Shown in pieces: positions 28,107 to 38,486 of a stretch of 64,000 bases of DNA. The stretch's first letter is position 1. Each line of letters starts with the position of its first letter. The DNA comes from Clostridia bacterium (GTDB lineage Bacteria > Bacillota > Clostridia > UBA1212 > DUPL01). The notes below the pieces were generated by a model. The model searched no databases. It saw only the letters and a list, made by a program, of their open reading frames with translations, and was not told the DNA's origin. The stretch lies in assembly GCA_050951325.1 (NCBI GenBank), contig JBMNIW010000008.1:128001-192000 (forward strand), in the 5' to 3' direction. The translations under genes were made by a program, and so were the position numbers.

Positions 28107-30209
28107 CTATACTCCCAGGGTTGTTCTTTCTATTATCATATTCTGCCACTCTTTATTAAGCGTAACAAACCTTGCGTTCCATCCTGACACCCTTACAGAA
28201 AGGGTCTTGTATTCTTTGGGATTTTCCTGTGCTCTCTTCAGCACATTTGCATCAACCACATCAATCTGCATAAAGAATCCTCCCAACTTTACAAACCCTT
28301 TAATGAGGGAAACAAGAGCATTGGTTCCGTTCTCCCCCTTTACCGTTGCAGGATACAACTTTATATCCAGCGCAGATCCACAGGCCTGCTTTACATGATC
28401 TATCTTGCAATAGGACTTTATCGTAGCGGTTGCTCCTAACTCATCCGTACCAGGAGTTGGTGACGCATTTCCTGAAAGAATATCTCCCTTTCGATACCCA
28501 AAAGGAACAGCCGCCCTGAATGGAGCCCATTCAATCTGCCTTCCAAAGGTGCTGATTCCTGCAGGGAACAGGATATCCACCTTCTTTTCCACCGCATTTA
28601 CAATATCAGCAAAGTCATCCAGTACTTTGACAGTATAGTAATCCCCATTATCGTCATCATTGCCATAGTAGACATATTTGTTAAGAGCAATCTGACGAAT
28701 AACCTCGTACCCTTCCCAATTCGCCTTAAGTGCCTTCATAAGGTCGTCGAAGGAAATAATCTTGTCATCAAATACCAATCTTTTAATGGCATATAAACTG
28801 TTTCCAACATCGGGGGCTCCTCCAATATGTGGAGATACGACTGTGTATCTTGGACCGCCTTCGTAATATGAAGAAGCCTTTTCAATACAGTCTTTTGTAA
28901 ACAGCGAAGTTACGGAACAAGGAATAACTTCTTTGTACTCATATCCCTTCTCCGTATTCATAAACCTTCCCATTACCACATTCTCGTAAATTGCATTTAC
29001 ATCCTGCCTGAGATTCTCTATGAAACAGTTGTATAAATCTTCAAAACTGTCAAAGGTCTTGTACTCTCCATTCAAATTTAGTGTTTTTGTCAGAAGTATC
29101 TGCAAGGCATCAAAGGGCACATAGCAAAAGTACGTCTCACCTGGGATTTGTACTTCCCAGCATCCATCGTTAGCAAACTTTCTTGCCTCTTTTGGGTCAT
29201 ATCCCAATTTTTCAAGAGCATTTAATATTAAGGGCTCATTGTATACCGCAACAATACCGCCACCATGACGAATTACTTCCGCCACTCTTTTAAGAAGCCT
29301 TTCATCCGTATTTTCATTAACCCTGACCGTTATGGGAAAATCACTTATCCCAAGCTCCTCTACAATATCAAGAACAAGATATGTAACTTCATTCGCAACC
29401 TCTTTATTATCCTCATCCACTCCTGCAAGAATAATGTTCTGGTAATGCTGGGCATCTCCCGAACCCAATGGTGTTTCTCCTCTAATCCATTCACACCCTT
29501 TTATGAAAAAGGAAGCAAGTATTTCTCTGGCTTCATCAAGAGTTAAAACACCTTGATCAAGATCCTTTTTTAGATAAGGACCCAATATTTTATCTATTCT
29601 TCCAATACCAGGCCAGTCTCCGCAAAGGCGCATGAAAGCAAAGGTAAACCACAAACTTTGAACAGCTTCCTTGAAATTCTCCGCTTTTTTGAAAGGCATA
29701 TCGCCCATTTCAATAACCTCTGAATACCGCTTGTGCCATATTCTCATTGATTCAATTACATTCAAAAGACTCTTGAGAAACCGAATCTGTCTTGCCGTTA
29801 AGCTCTCATTCTCGAGTTTCTTATGTATCCTTTCTTCATAGGAATCAATGCCTTCGTAAACCACCCTGTCAAAACCGGAAGTCAGATGGCTTACACTATG
29901 AAAGATCGGAGAACCTTTGTAGGTTGCAGGTATGCAGTGATTAATTGACAGCCCCAGGGATGCGCTTCCGTGTACAAGTTCGTACTCACATACCCTTATT
30001 GGTGCTTTTTCTGCAATTTCCCTTATTGCAATATCATACTTGTCTATATCAGACAAGTTCTCAAACCCCTCTATATGATCAAGGGCAACCGCTGTATTTT
30101 TCATGGCATCGTCGCCATATTTGCCATTCATGGATTCATATGCAAATAATCTGGTTGCTTCACTAAGTCTTATAGGTCTTTCCTCATCCGCTGCAGTATA
30201 GAATATCAT
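28107..30209 (-). CDS. Glycyl radical enzyme (PFL-like family), substrate unknown
   Basis: GRIDKILGPY, Cys loop NDGCWEV, Gly loop VRVSGWNARF; adjacent activase. Confidence 0.92.
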   Translation of the reverse strand: MIFYTAADEERPIRLSEATRLFAYESMNGKYGDDAMKNTAVALDHIEGFENLSDIDKYDIAIREIAEKAPIRVCEYELVHGSASLGLSINHCIPATYKGSPIFHSVSHLTSGFDRVVYEGIDSYEERIHKKLENESLTARQIRFLKSLLNVIESMRIWHKRYSEVIEMGDMPFKKAENFKEAVQSLWFTFAFMRLCGDWPGIGRIDKILGPYLKKDLDQGVLTLDEAREILASFFIKGCEWIRGETPLGSGDAQHYQNIILAGVDEDNKEVANEVTYLVLDIVEELGISDFPITVRVNENTDERLLKRVAEVIRHGGGIVAVYNEPLILNALEKLGYDPKEARKFANDGCWEVQIPGETYFCYVPFDALQILLTKTLNLNGEYKTFDSFEDLYNCFIENLRQDVNAIYENVVMGRFMNTEKGYEYKEVIPCSVTSLFTKDCIEKASSYYEGGPRYTVVSPHIGGAPDVGNSLYAIKRLVFDDKIISFDDLMKALKANWEGYEVIRQIALNKYVYYGNDDDNGDYYTVKVLDDFADIVNAVEKKVDILFPAGISTFGRQIEWAPFRAAVPFGYRKGDILSGNASPTPGTDELGATATIKSYCKIDHVKQACGSALDIKLYPATVKGENGTNALVSLIKGFVKLGGFFMQIDVVDANVLKRAQENPKEYKTLSVRVSGWNARFVTLNKEWQNMIIERTTLGV

Positions 30210-30443
30210 AAATACCACCTTTTAAATCTTCCACTATATATTATCACAGAAAAGTGACATTGTCACAGAACTTTTTTTGATATGTACATATAATAGCTGT
30301 GGAACTGCTCTTTTCATATTTATATATGTATCCTCCATTAATAGATCATATATATTGCTGCCTGCCTAACGAAAAAGGCAGGCAGTTGCCATGAAAATAA
30401 TGATGGGGGTATAATATAGAAAAAGAAGGATGGAGGATTGTTT

Positions 30444-32126
30444 ATGAAGGTATTGATAGTTGGCGGTGTTGCAGGAGGAGCCTCCTGTGCGGCAAGGTTA
30501 AGAAGACTTGATGAGAGTGCCGAGATAATCATGTTCGAACGCGGCGAATACATTTCCTATGCAAACTGTGGTCTTCCCTATTACATTGGAGAGAAAATAA
30601 AAAGGAAATCCGACCTTACACTGCAGACACCCGAGAGTTTCAAAAGAAGATTCAATGTGGATGTAAGGATTTTAAATGAAGTTGTATCAATCAACAGAGA
30701 AGATAAAAAGGTGGTTGTAAAGGATATAAGAACCAACGAAATGTATGAGGAATCCTATGACAAGCTGGTACTTTCCATGGGTGCAAAACCCTTCAAACCA
30801 CCCATAAAAGGTATTGATTTGCCCAATTGCTTTACACTAAGGACTGTTCCCGACACCTTTAGAATAAAAGAATATATCCAGAATAATAACCCAAAATCCG
30901 CTGTTGTTGTAGGCGGCGGATACATTGGCATTGAGATGGCGGAGAATTTAAAGGAAGCTGGTCTTGATGTCATTCTTATCGAACTTTCCGACCATTTGCT
31001 ACCCCCTCTGGACTTTGACATGGCCTGCGATGTACACAAATATGTAAGGCAAAATGGAATCAACCTCATGCTGAACAACGGTGTCAGGGAAATAGAAGAA
31101 ATTGAAGACGGTCTTCTTGTTAAACTTGACAAGTGCAAAATCCAAACTGACATGGTTATACTTTGCGTAGGAGTAAGACCCGAGTCGGATATAGCAAAGG
31201 AAGCAAATCTGCAAATCAATGAAAGAGGTTCAATTATTGTAAACGACAACATGCTGACAAGCGATCCGGACATATATGCTGTAGGAGATGCGGTGGTTGT
31301 TACAAACTTCATCACCAAAAAAGACGCCTTTATTCCTTTGGCTAGTCCTGCAAACAAGCAAGGCAGGATTGCAGCAAATAACATTTGCGGGCATAACAGC
31401 AGATACGAAGGAACATTAGGTTCCAGCATAGTCAAACTTTTTGACATGACAATTGCCACCACAGGAGCGAATGAAAGCGAGGCAAAAGCAAGCAGCCTGA
31501 ATTACGATAAGGTTTTTTTGTATTCAAATTCTCATGCAAGCTACTATCCTGGTGCAACACCCATGTCTATTAAAGTTCTGTTTGACAAGGATACAGGAAA
31601 AATACTAGGTGCACAGATAGTTGGTTTTGATGGAGTGGACAAGAGATGTGACGTTCTTGCAACAGCAATTAGATTCGGCGCAACATACAAGGATTTGACC
31701 AACCTCGAACTGTGCTACGCTCCCCCTTTTGGTTCAGCAAAAGACCCTGTCAACTTTGCAGGTTATGTAATCGAAAACATACAGAACGGTCTTGTGAAGA
31801 ACTTCCACTGGCATGATGTAGACAAACTGCCCAGGGACGGGAGTGTTACACTGCTTGATGTAAGGACCAAAAGAGAATTTGAGTATGGAAGAATTGATGG
31901 ATTTGTCAATATTGAGCTTGACAGTCTGAGAGAAAACATTGACAAACTTGACAAATCAAAACCTATATATGTACACTGCCACAGCGGACTTAGAAGCTAT
32001 ATTGCATGCAGAATACTTGCTGAAAACGGCTTTGAAGCCTATAACCTCAGCGGAGGCTACAGGCTCTATCAGACTGTAATGTATGAAAAACAGCTGCCTG
32101 ACTTTCCTTGCTATCCTAAAGATTAG
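30444..32126 (+). CDS. CoA-disulfide reductase / NADH oxidase with C-terminal rhodanese domain
   Basis: GGVAGG, SYANCGLPY, GGGYIG, YAPPF, rhodanese LDVR...VHCHSGLRS. Confidence 0.93.
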   Translation: MKVLIVGGVAGGASCAARLRRLDESAEIIMFERGEYISYANCGLPYYIGEKIKRKSDLTLQTPESFKRRFNVDVRILNEVVSINREDKKVVVKDIRTNEMYEESYDKLVLSMGAKPFKPPIKGIDLPNCFTLRTVPDTFRIKEYIQNNNPKSAVVVGGGYIGIEMAENLKEAGLDVILIELSDHLLPPLDFDMACDVHKYVRQNGINLMLNNGVREIEEIEDGLLVKLDKCKIQTDMVILCVGVRPESDIAKEANLQINERGSIIVNDNMLTSDPDIYAVGDAVVVTNFITKKDAFIPLASPANKQGRIAANNICGHNSRYEGTLGSSIVKLFDMTIATTGANESEAKASSLNYDKVFLYSNSHASYYPGATPMSIKVLFDKDTGKILGAQIVGFDGVDKRCDVLATAIRFGATYKDLTNLELCYAPPFGSAKDPVNFAGYVIENIQNGLVKNFHWHDVDKLPRDGSVTLLDVRTKREFEYGRIDGFVNIELDSLRENIDKLDKSKPIYVHCHSGLRSYIACRILAENGFEAYNLSGGYRLYQTVMYEKQLPDFPCYPKD

Positions 32127-32842
32127 ACAGGTCTGTATGCAAACAAAAAGTCCACCACCGGCTCTGAAAAAGGTTGAATGCTTTGGATGCGGTGGTCGGA
32201 ACCGCAATCATATCTGAAATGGTTTGTGGAAGACACCTTGCCGCCATATATGAAGGTGTGGTCTGGTCTATCCTTGGAGCGATGGTTTACAAACACTATG
32301 TCTCCAGGCTGCAAGTCTTCCACAATCTCTATTTTCTTGAATCCGTGCTTCTTGCAAAAATCCTCCAGATCCCTCGGGTCCCCTGGAGCCCATACAAACA
32401 AACCACTCTGAGTTGGCTGATGTTCCGTATAACCTACCCTGTAAAGAACCCATCCCACCAGCCTGTCACAGCTTATCTTCTTCGCATCATGATTGATTGC
32501 AGGATTCACAGGAGCGTCCCCATATGTAAAACTGTTCTTCCTGACATAATCGGTCACATACTTTGCTTCCCGCAATATGTCCATTACCAAAATTGAATAC
32601 GTTGAATACTTCACTTTGCCAAATGCGTTATACACCCTGTATCCGTACACATAATTGGCATCAGCGCATTTCTTTGCCTCTTCAAAGCTGACAAATTCTC
32701 CTTTTTGCATTTCTTTGTCATTGAAAGAAGTCCTTACATAATATTTGTGTCCACCCATGACAAAAAACAAAACACCTCCCATTGCCAAAAGAAGAATAAT
32801 TCCTAAAATGACAACCACTTTTCTTTTTTTCATTTCAGTCAC
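32123..32842 (-). CDS. Membrane-anchored NlpC/P60-like (Cys-His) amidohydrolase-like protein
   Basis: N-terminal TM; ISCDRLVGWVLY, LQPGDIVF, DHTFIY pattern of papain-like cell-wall hydrolases. Confidence 0.6.
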   Translation of the reverse strand: MTEMKKRKVVVILGIILLLAMGGVLFFVMGGHKYYVRTSFNDKEMQKGEFVSFEEAKKCADANYVYGYRVYNAFGKVKYSTYSILVMDILREAKYVTDYVRKNSFTYGDAPVNPAINHDAKKISCDRLVGWVLYRVGYTEHQPTQSGLFVWAPGDPRDLEDFCKKHGFKKIEIVEDLQPGDIVFVNHRSKDRPDHTFIYGGKVSSTNHFRYDCGSDHRIQSIQPFSEPVVDFLFAYRPV

Positions 32843-32928
32843 CTCTGCCCCCCTTTATATATCACACCAATATGTATGTCAAGGCAGAAAAATATCAAGG
32901 ATTGCTTCCTTGATATTTACACACTCAG

Positions 32929-34116
32929 TTATTTTCTTGCTATTTCTCTACCAAACTCCACAGCCTTTTCCAAACTCTCATTGTCTGGATGCCAGTTCTG
33001 TTCAAACCCCTCATTAATAACTTCAAAACCTGCATCCTCAAGCATACCGTTAAGGAGTCTTACGGACTCTCCCTTCCAGCCATAACAACCGAAAGCACAG
33101 CCTTTCTTTTTCTTGAACTTAAGGTCCTTTATCAAATGCATGAAACCTGCCATTGAATGAAGAATACCTCCCATGATGGTGGGTGAACCAACGACTATGG
33201 TCTTTGATTTGAACACTTCTGTAATTACATCGTTATCGTCCGTCTTCGCCAGATTGAAAACCTTGACCATTACATCGTTGTCTTCTTCACTTATACCTTT
33301 TGCAATATTCTCCGCAAGAGCTTTTGTTCCATTCCACATGGTATCATAGATAATTGTAATTTGATTCTCTTTGTAATCGTTTGCCCACTGTGCATACTTC
33401 TCAACAATCTGTACAGGATTATCCCTCCAGATAACACCATGACTGGTGGCTATCATGTCAATTTGCAGATTTAAGGAAATAATCTGCTCAAGTTTCTTTC
33501 GCAGTATCGCACTGAATGGGGTCAGTATGTTTGCAAAGTACTTTATGGACTCGTTAAATAAGTCACACTGGTCCACGAGGTCGTTGAACAGCATTTCTGT
33601 TGCATAGTGTTGACCGAAAGCATCGTTACTAAAAAGAATGTTGTCTTGAGTCATGTAGCAAGCCATGCTGTCAGGCCAATGCAGCATTGCCATCTCGACA
33701 AATACGAGTTCCTTTCCATTGCCCAGATCCAGCTTGTCTCCTGTTTTGACAACATTGAAGTTCCAATCCTTGTGGTATTGTCCTCTCAATGATTTTACGC
33801 AGTTGGCAGTGCAGTAAATTGGAGTGTTGGGGATTCTCTCCATCAATTTTACAAGAGCACCACTGTGGTCCACTTCTCCATGGTTTATGACAATATAGTC
33901 AATTTTTTCAAGTTCAATTTCCTCTGCAAGGTTGTCCACAAATTCGTCTGCAAAAGGCAGCCAGACGGTATCAATTAAAACCGTCTTTTCCTCTTCAATC
34001 AGATACGCATTGTACGTAGAGCCTTTGTGAGTTGAATACTGGTAACCGTGAAAAGTTCTTAATTCCCAGTCAGTCTTACCTACCCAATACACATTGTTTT
34101 TTACATGTTTCCTCAT
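32929..34116 (-). CDS. fprA: Flavodiiron protein (FprA / type A flavoprotein)
   Basis: GSTYNAY, NHGEVDHSG, HWPDSM, SNDAFGQH, flavodoxin YDTMWNGT, FGCYGW; start MRKH 34116. Confidence 0.95.
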   Translation of the reverse strand: MRKHVKNNVYWVGKTDWELRTFHGYQYSTHKGSTYNAYLIEEEKTVLIDTVWLPFADEFVDNLAEEIELEKIDYIVINHGEVDHSGALVKLMERIPNTPIYCTANCVKSLRGQYHKDWNFNVVKTGDKLDLGNGKELVFVEMAMLHWPDSMACYMTQDNILFSNDAFGQHYATEMLFNDLVDQCDLFNESIKYFANILTPFSAILRKKLEQIISLNLQIDMIATSHGVIWRDNPVQIVEKYAQWANDYKENQITIIYDTMWNGTKALAENIAKGISEEDNDVMVKVFNLAKTDDNDVITEVFKSKTIVVGSPTIMGGILHSMAGFMHLIKDLKFKKKKGCAFGCYGWKGESVRLLNGMLEDAGFEVINEGFEQNWHPDNESLEKAVEFGREIARK

Positions 34117-34237
34117 AGTTTTCCTCATCCTTTCCATACATGGTATATATTTTTTCACAACCTGCTTCAATTATACTGACAGCTTTTCTTGATAACTAAT
34201 AAAATAGTACTAACCGGAAAATAAGGAGGCTAAAAAA

Positions 34238-34504
34238 TTGACCAAAACAATCTTACCAATTTTTGCAATACTATTTGTTTTGTTAAGTTATACAATAACT
34301 TGCGTAAATAGTCAATTGGAATCTACAAATCATTACAAAAATGTTACAGCAAGCTGTACAGAAAACACCATCGAGCCTTCGGAATCTCCCAGTGAAGGAG
34401 GCGAACTGATTCTCTCCCTGCTGGTTGTCCTGCTTGTAACAATCACCACATTTTTAATAATCTTGCTCTTCTTCTGGTACGAGATGAACAAGAATAGAAA
34501 ATAG
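34238..34504 (+). CDS. Small membrane protein (signal peptide, linker, C-terminal TM)
   Basis: AAGGAGG RBS, two hydrophobic segments, basic tail, GC hairpin downstream. Confidence 0.6.
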   Translation: MTKTILPIFAILFVLLSYTITCVNSQLESTNHYKNVTASCTENTIEPSESPSEGGELILSLLVVLLVTITTFLIILLFFWYEMNKNRK

Positions 34505-34587
34505 CACGGCGCATCGAGCGATGCGCCAAATTAAAATATTATTCTTCTTCAGTTTTTGATATAATACAGAAAAAAGGAGATTAACGC

Positions 34588-35706
34588 ATGAGAATTGAGA
34601 CAACCAAGCTTCATAAAGACAAATATACACAAAGTTATTCAATAAATGTTCTGGAAGATGACCGATGCGTATCCACTGCAAGGATAGGTTATGTTAACAG
34701 TGTGTTCGCAGGAAAATATATAAAAGCCATGACAGTAGGGGGCGTTGCAACAGAACCAGAGTATAGAAGAAAAGGTTATGTAAGAAAGATATTGAAGATG
34801 GCTTTTGATGACGCAATAAACAAGGGAGCTTGTGTGAGTTTCCTGCATCCCTTTTCCTTTTCATATTACAGAAAATTCGGTTATGAGAAAGTTGCAGACC
34901 AGTTGATTGTTGAGTTTCCCATTGACAAACTGTCCCACATTCCCCGTGAAAGTGCTTTGTATCTTTTGAGAGGCGATAACAGACTGGATGATGTTATTAA
35001 AATATATAACGAATTTGCGTTAAAAAGAAACATAATGTTCCACAGATATGACGACAGACATTTCTTTACCAACCCAGACAGATTTAAAGGTTCCACATAT
35101 ATCTGGTATGACAACAACAGAAAACCTGCATCATATATATCTCTTTCCGTTGAGAACTATTACCATGTAAATCATATGAGATCCATCAATTTAAATGTGT
35201 ATGAAATGGCCTTTACCTCAAAGGAATCCTTGCTAAAACTCTTTGGGTTCATGAGAATGTTTGAAGGAGAGAATGACACTGTGAAAATACACAACTGTGC
35301 CATGTCTCCTGAAATTGACTTGATTCTCAGACATTACATCCATACAACGTATAAAAGATATCCGGATCTTATGGCAAGAATTCTCGATGTCAAAACCATT
35401 CTTGAATCAAACACATACCCTCAAGGTAAGGGGCATTTCAGAGTCAACATCACCGATGACCTTGAGTACACAAAGGGTGTCTGGGAGGTGGAGTTTGAAA
35501 ACGGAGTCGGTGTTGCAAAACGTGTAGACAAGGATAAATACGACGTATCCCTTTCGATGCCTGCTTTCACCCAGATAGTATACGGTTATGATAAATATAA
35601 CGCTGATGTTCTGGCGTACATGGATGGTGTTGAAATATTCAACGAAAAATCAGATTTCTTCCACGTCTTCCCAAAAAGGTACAACGGTTTGTTCGAACAT
35701 TTTTAA
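34588..35706 (+). CDS. Eis-like GNAT acetyltransferase with SCP2-like C-terminus
   Basis: VGGVATEPEYRRKGY, LHPFSFSYYRKFGYE, MARILDV. Confidence 0.88.
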   Translation: MRIETTKLHKDKYTQSYSINVLEDDRCVSTARIGYVNSVFAGKYIKAMTVGGVATEPEYRRKGYVRKILKMAFDDAINKGACVSFLHPFSFSYYRKFGYEKVADQLIVEFPIDKLSHIPRESALYLLRGDNRLDDVIKIYNEFALKRNIMFHRYDDRHFFTNPDRFKGSTYIWYDNNRKPASYISLSVENYYHVNHMRSINLNVYEMAFTSKESLLKLFGFMRMFEGENDTVKIHNCAMSPEIDLILRHYIHTTYKRYPDLMARILDVKTILESNTYPQGKGHFRVNITDDLEYTKGVWEVEFENGVGVAKRVDKDKYDVSLSMPAFTQIVYGYDKYNADVLAYMDGVEIFNEKSDFFHVFPKRYNGLFEHF

Positions 35707-35827
35707 ATAAATAGAATCGAACAATTTTAAAAAAAATTAACATATTTTATTACATAAAATTTTCAAACATGATATAATATAGTTTGTTCATGTTCTTTAT
35801 GCAATTTATTTTTTTAAGGAGATAGAG

Positions 35828-36094
35828 ATGGCTGGAAACTTTATACCTCAAACAAGCGCTAAAAATTTGGAAGTCCTTGATTTGCCCGATTGTGTGCATC
35901 TTACCGACAACTTTAAATGTGAAATATTAAAAGTAAATGAATGTATGGGAAGAGAATGCTCCTTTATGCTCAACCAGAAGCAAAAAAGCAAATCATACAA
36001 CCTTTGGAAGAAAAAAATGAACGAACTAAGCGAAAGCAAGCAAAAAGACATCGCACATACATATTTCAATGGCAAAATGCCATGGAAAAGCTGA
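35828..36094 (+). CDS. Small Cys-rich hypothetical protein
   Basis: AAGGAG RBS; TTACAT-17-TATAAT upstream; four Cys in CVHLTDNFKCEILKVNECMGREC. Confidence 0.7.
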   Translation: MAGNFIPQTSAKNLEVLDLPDCVHLTDNFKCEILKVNECMGRECSFMLNQKQKSKSYNLWKKKMNELSESKQKDIAHTYFNGKMPWKS

Positions 36095-37621
36095 TCACTT
36101 TTCCTCATGGTATTCTGCCTCGGTATTTACGTTCCATATATTTGACTTGTCCCTTACCCCATTCTTTATATTCTCTACAGCCACCATGGCAGTAAGCATG
36201 GAATGGTCCATATTGTTGTACCTATGCTGCCCGTTTCGTCCTATGCAGAAGAGATTTTCAAAGGAATCCAGATATTCTCTGACAATATTAAACTCCGAAT
36301 AGGTGCCGAAATATGCAGGATAGGCTTTCTTTACCTTTATGGTAATTGAATCAAGAACATCCCCCATATCTATTATCCCTATTTCCTCCAGTTCTCTTGC
36401 TGCAAAGTCTGCGAATTCTTTATCACTCATGTTCCACAGTTCATCATTCTCGCAGCAGAAATATTCAAGACCAATAAATACATTATCAGGATTGCTTACC
36501 ATATATGGCGACCAGTTGTTGAATACCTGAAGTCTTCCCAGCTTTACCTCTGGCTCCTGTATGTAAATCCAACAGTCAGGCACAATGTTGTTTATTGTTC
36601 TAATCCTGGTTGTGTTGGCAATTTTCAACTTCCTAAGCAAAAGACCAACAGTTATAAAGTCGCGGTAAGGAAGATTTACAGCTACATCCCTTACCTTGTC
36701 AGGACATTCATCCAATGCATATGCAAGGTCTTTTATTGGCATGGAAGAGAAAAACAAGTCTCCTTTAATTGTTTCCTTATCTGTTCTTACTGATATAACT
36801 CTGTTCTCTTTTGTGTCAACTCCAACAACTTTTGAGTTGAGTCTAATCTCTCCTCCCATTTTAACAATTTCCGAAGCCATCTGTTCCCACAATTGCCCCG
36901 GACCTTTCTTGGGATACATAAACTGCTCAATTAACGATGTACATTTTGTCTTGTGATCCTTTTTGAATTTTCTTGCTAAAAACTCGGCAAGTACCTTGCT
37001 GAGAGAAAGTTCTTTTACTCTCTGAGCGCCCCAGTCTGGGGCAATATGTGAAGGGTGAACACCCCACAACTTTTCCGTGTAGCGCTCGAAAAACATGGAA
37101 TACAGTTGTTTGCCAAACCTGTTTATGTAGAAATCTTCTAGAGAATTTTCATTTCTTTTTCTTAAACTTGAACTTACATACCCTACACCAGACTTTACCG
37201 ACCTTTTTAACCCCAGATTCCTTACAGTTTCCAGATTAATCGATATTGGGTAATCAAAAAACTTCTTTAGGTAATATATTCTGGAAACCCTGTTTCTAAT
37301 TAGCATAACCCTGTCCTCTTTTTCAGGATCAGGACCGTTTTCACATAGAGGTTTTTCAACTCCAAGTACATTATCGTCCCACGCTGGATGGCCCTGTATT
37401 GGCATTAGCTCCTTCCATATATCAACAACTTTGCCATTCTTGGAAAAGAACCTGTGTCCTCCCAGATCCATCCTGTTTCCTTTGTACTCTGCGGTTCTTG
37501 AAATTCCACCAATTGCGCTTGTTTCTTCAAGAATGCAGGGGCGAATATCAGTCTTCTTAAGCAGCATATATGCGGCAGTTAACCCTGCAGGCCCTGCCCC
37601 TATAATCACAGCTTTTTTCAT
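36095..37621 (-). CDS. NAD(P)/FAD-dependent oxidoreductase (UDP-galactopyranose mutase / protoporphyrinogen oxidase-like)
   Basis: [40 protein letters not shown]; next to GtrA. Confidence 0.9.
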   Translation of the reverse strand: MKKAVIIGAGPAGLTAAYMLLKKTDIRPCILEETSAIGGISRTAEYKGNRMDLGGHRFFSKNGKVVDIWKELMPIQGHPAWDDNVLGVEKPLCENGPDPEKEDRVMLIRNRVSRIYYLKKFFDYPISINLETVRNLGLKRSVKSGVGYVSSSLRKRNENSLEDFYINRFGKQLYSMFFERYTEKLWGVHPSHIAPDWGAQRVKELSLSKVLAEFLARKFKKDHKTKCTSLIEQFMYPKKGPGQLWEQMASEIVKMGGEIRLNSKVVGVDTKENRVISVRTDKETIKGDLFFSSMPIKDLAYALDECPDKVRDVAVNLPYRDFITVGLLLRKLKIANTTRIRTINNIVPDCWIYIQEPEVKLGRLQVFNNWSPYMVSNPDNVFIGLEYFCCENDELWNMSDKEFADFAARELEEIGIIDMGDVLDSITIKVKKAYPAYFGTYSEFNIVREYLDSFENLFCIGRNGQHRYNNMDHSMLTAMVAVENIKNGVRDKSNIWNVNTEAEYHEEK

Positions 37622-37632
37622 AACTACCTCCG

Positions 37633-38070
37633 TTACTTGAATAGTGTTACCTTGCGGGCAACAAAGTTCCAAACAAAAACCACGCCCGATACGATAACCT
37701 TCACAAATATGTACATGTCATCTCCTAGAATTGACAACCCTATATACATGCCTAGTTCGGTAAGAACAAGTCCTCCAACACCAATAATTGCAAATATCGC
37801 AACAGACAATGCTTCTCTTCCCTTTATCCTCTCCCTCGCTTTGTTAAAAACAAACAATATGGATAACGCATAATTGTATACAAGCCCTGCAATAAATCCT
37901 ATTGCAGCACCAAACAGTATTCCAGGTCTGCCCAGACTCCGGAACACATATTTTGAAAACACATAAAGCACAGCGGTATCCAAAATAAAGGCTGATCCTC
38001 CAACCAGAAGATACCTAATGAATTCTCCCGCAACTTGCGGAATTGCAACCTTCTTATCTACTTTTTCCAC
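37633..38070 (-). CDS. GtrA family flippase-like protein
   Basis: FIRYLLVGG, four TM segments, K.....V...WNF. Confidence 0.9.
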   Translation of the reverse strand: MEKVDKKVAIPQVAGEFIRYLLVGGSAFILDTAVLYVFSKYVFRSLGRPGILFGAAIGFIAGLVYNYALSILFVFNKARERIKGREALSVAIFAIIGVGGLVLTELGMYIGLSILGDDMYIFVKVIVSGVVFVWNFVARKVTLFK

Positions 38071-38191
38071 GTTTTCTTCCTCTATGTATGAATTTCTTCC
38101 AGTTCCTGCGAATTATATCACGAATAAAGACATTTGGCAAATTATTGTCTATTTTCCGAGAGATTAACATATTGTTTAAACTTTCAATTAC

Positions 38192-38418
38192 GTGTTGAGA
38201 TATGCTTTCGGCGGTGGCGTTGGCTACGCAATTATAAATTAATCAATTTGAATCTGGTTGGAAAAATGCCCAGCAGCGTATTATTCCCTACGCACAATGG
38301 CTCTGTAATACTCGTCACCGCCGTCGCAGGTGCTCTCTTTTTCAAGGAGAAACTATCCACTCGCCAATATATAAGCATTTTGGTGGGTATAAATGGAGCA
38401 ATTCTTGTAAATATCTAA
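38192..38418 (+). pseudogene. C-terminal remnant of an EamA/DMT transporter
   Basis: LRYAFGGGVGYAIIN / frameshift / LINLNLVGKMPSSVLFP...LFFKEKLSTRQYISILVG; N-terminal portion absent. Confidence 0.65.
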
Positions 38419-38486
38419 CAACTTGCACTAATACGGAATTAAATGTACAATGTATAATTGTGATTAAATTAGTAAGGAGAAGATAA

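Noticed and set aside
28107-30209. Calling the GRE pflB or cutC
   Set aside because: Lacks the PFL Cys-Cys pair and the GCVEP motif, and there are no microcompartment genes.
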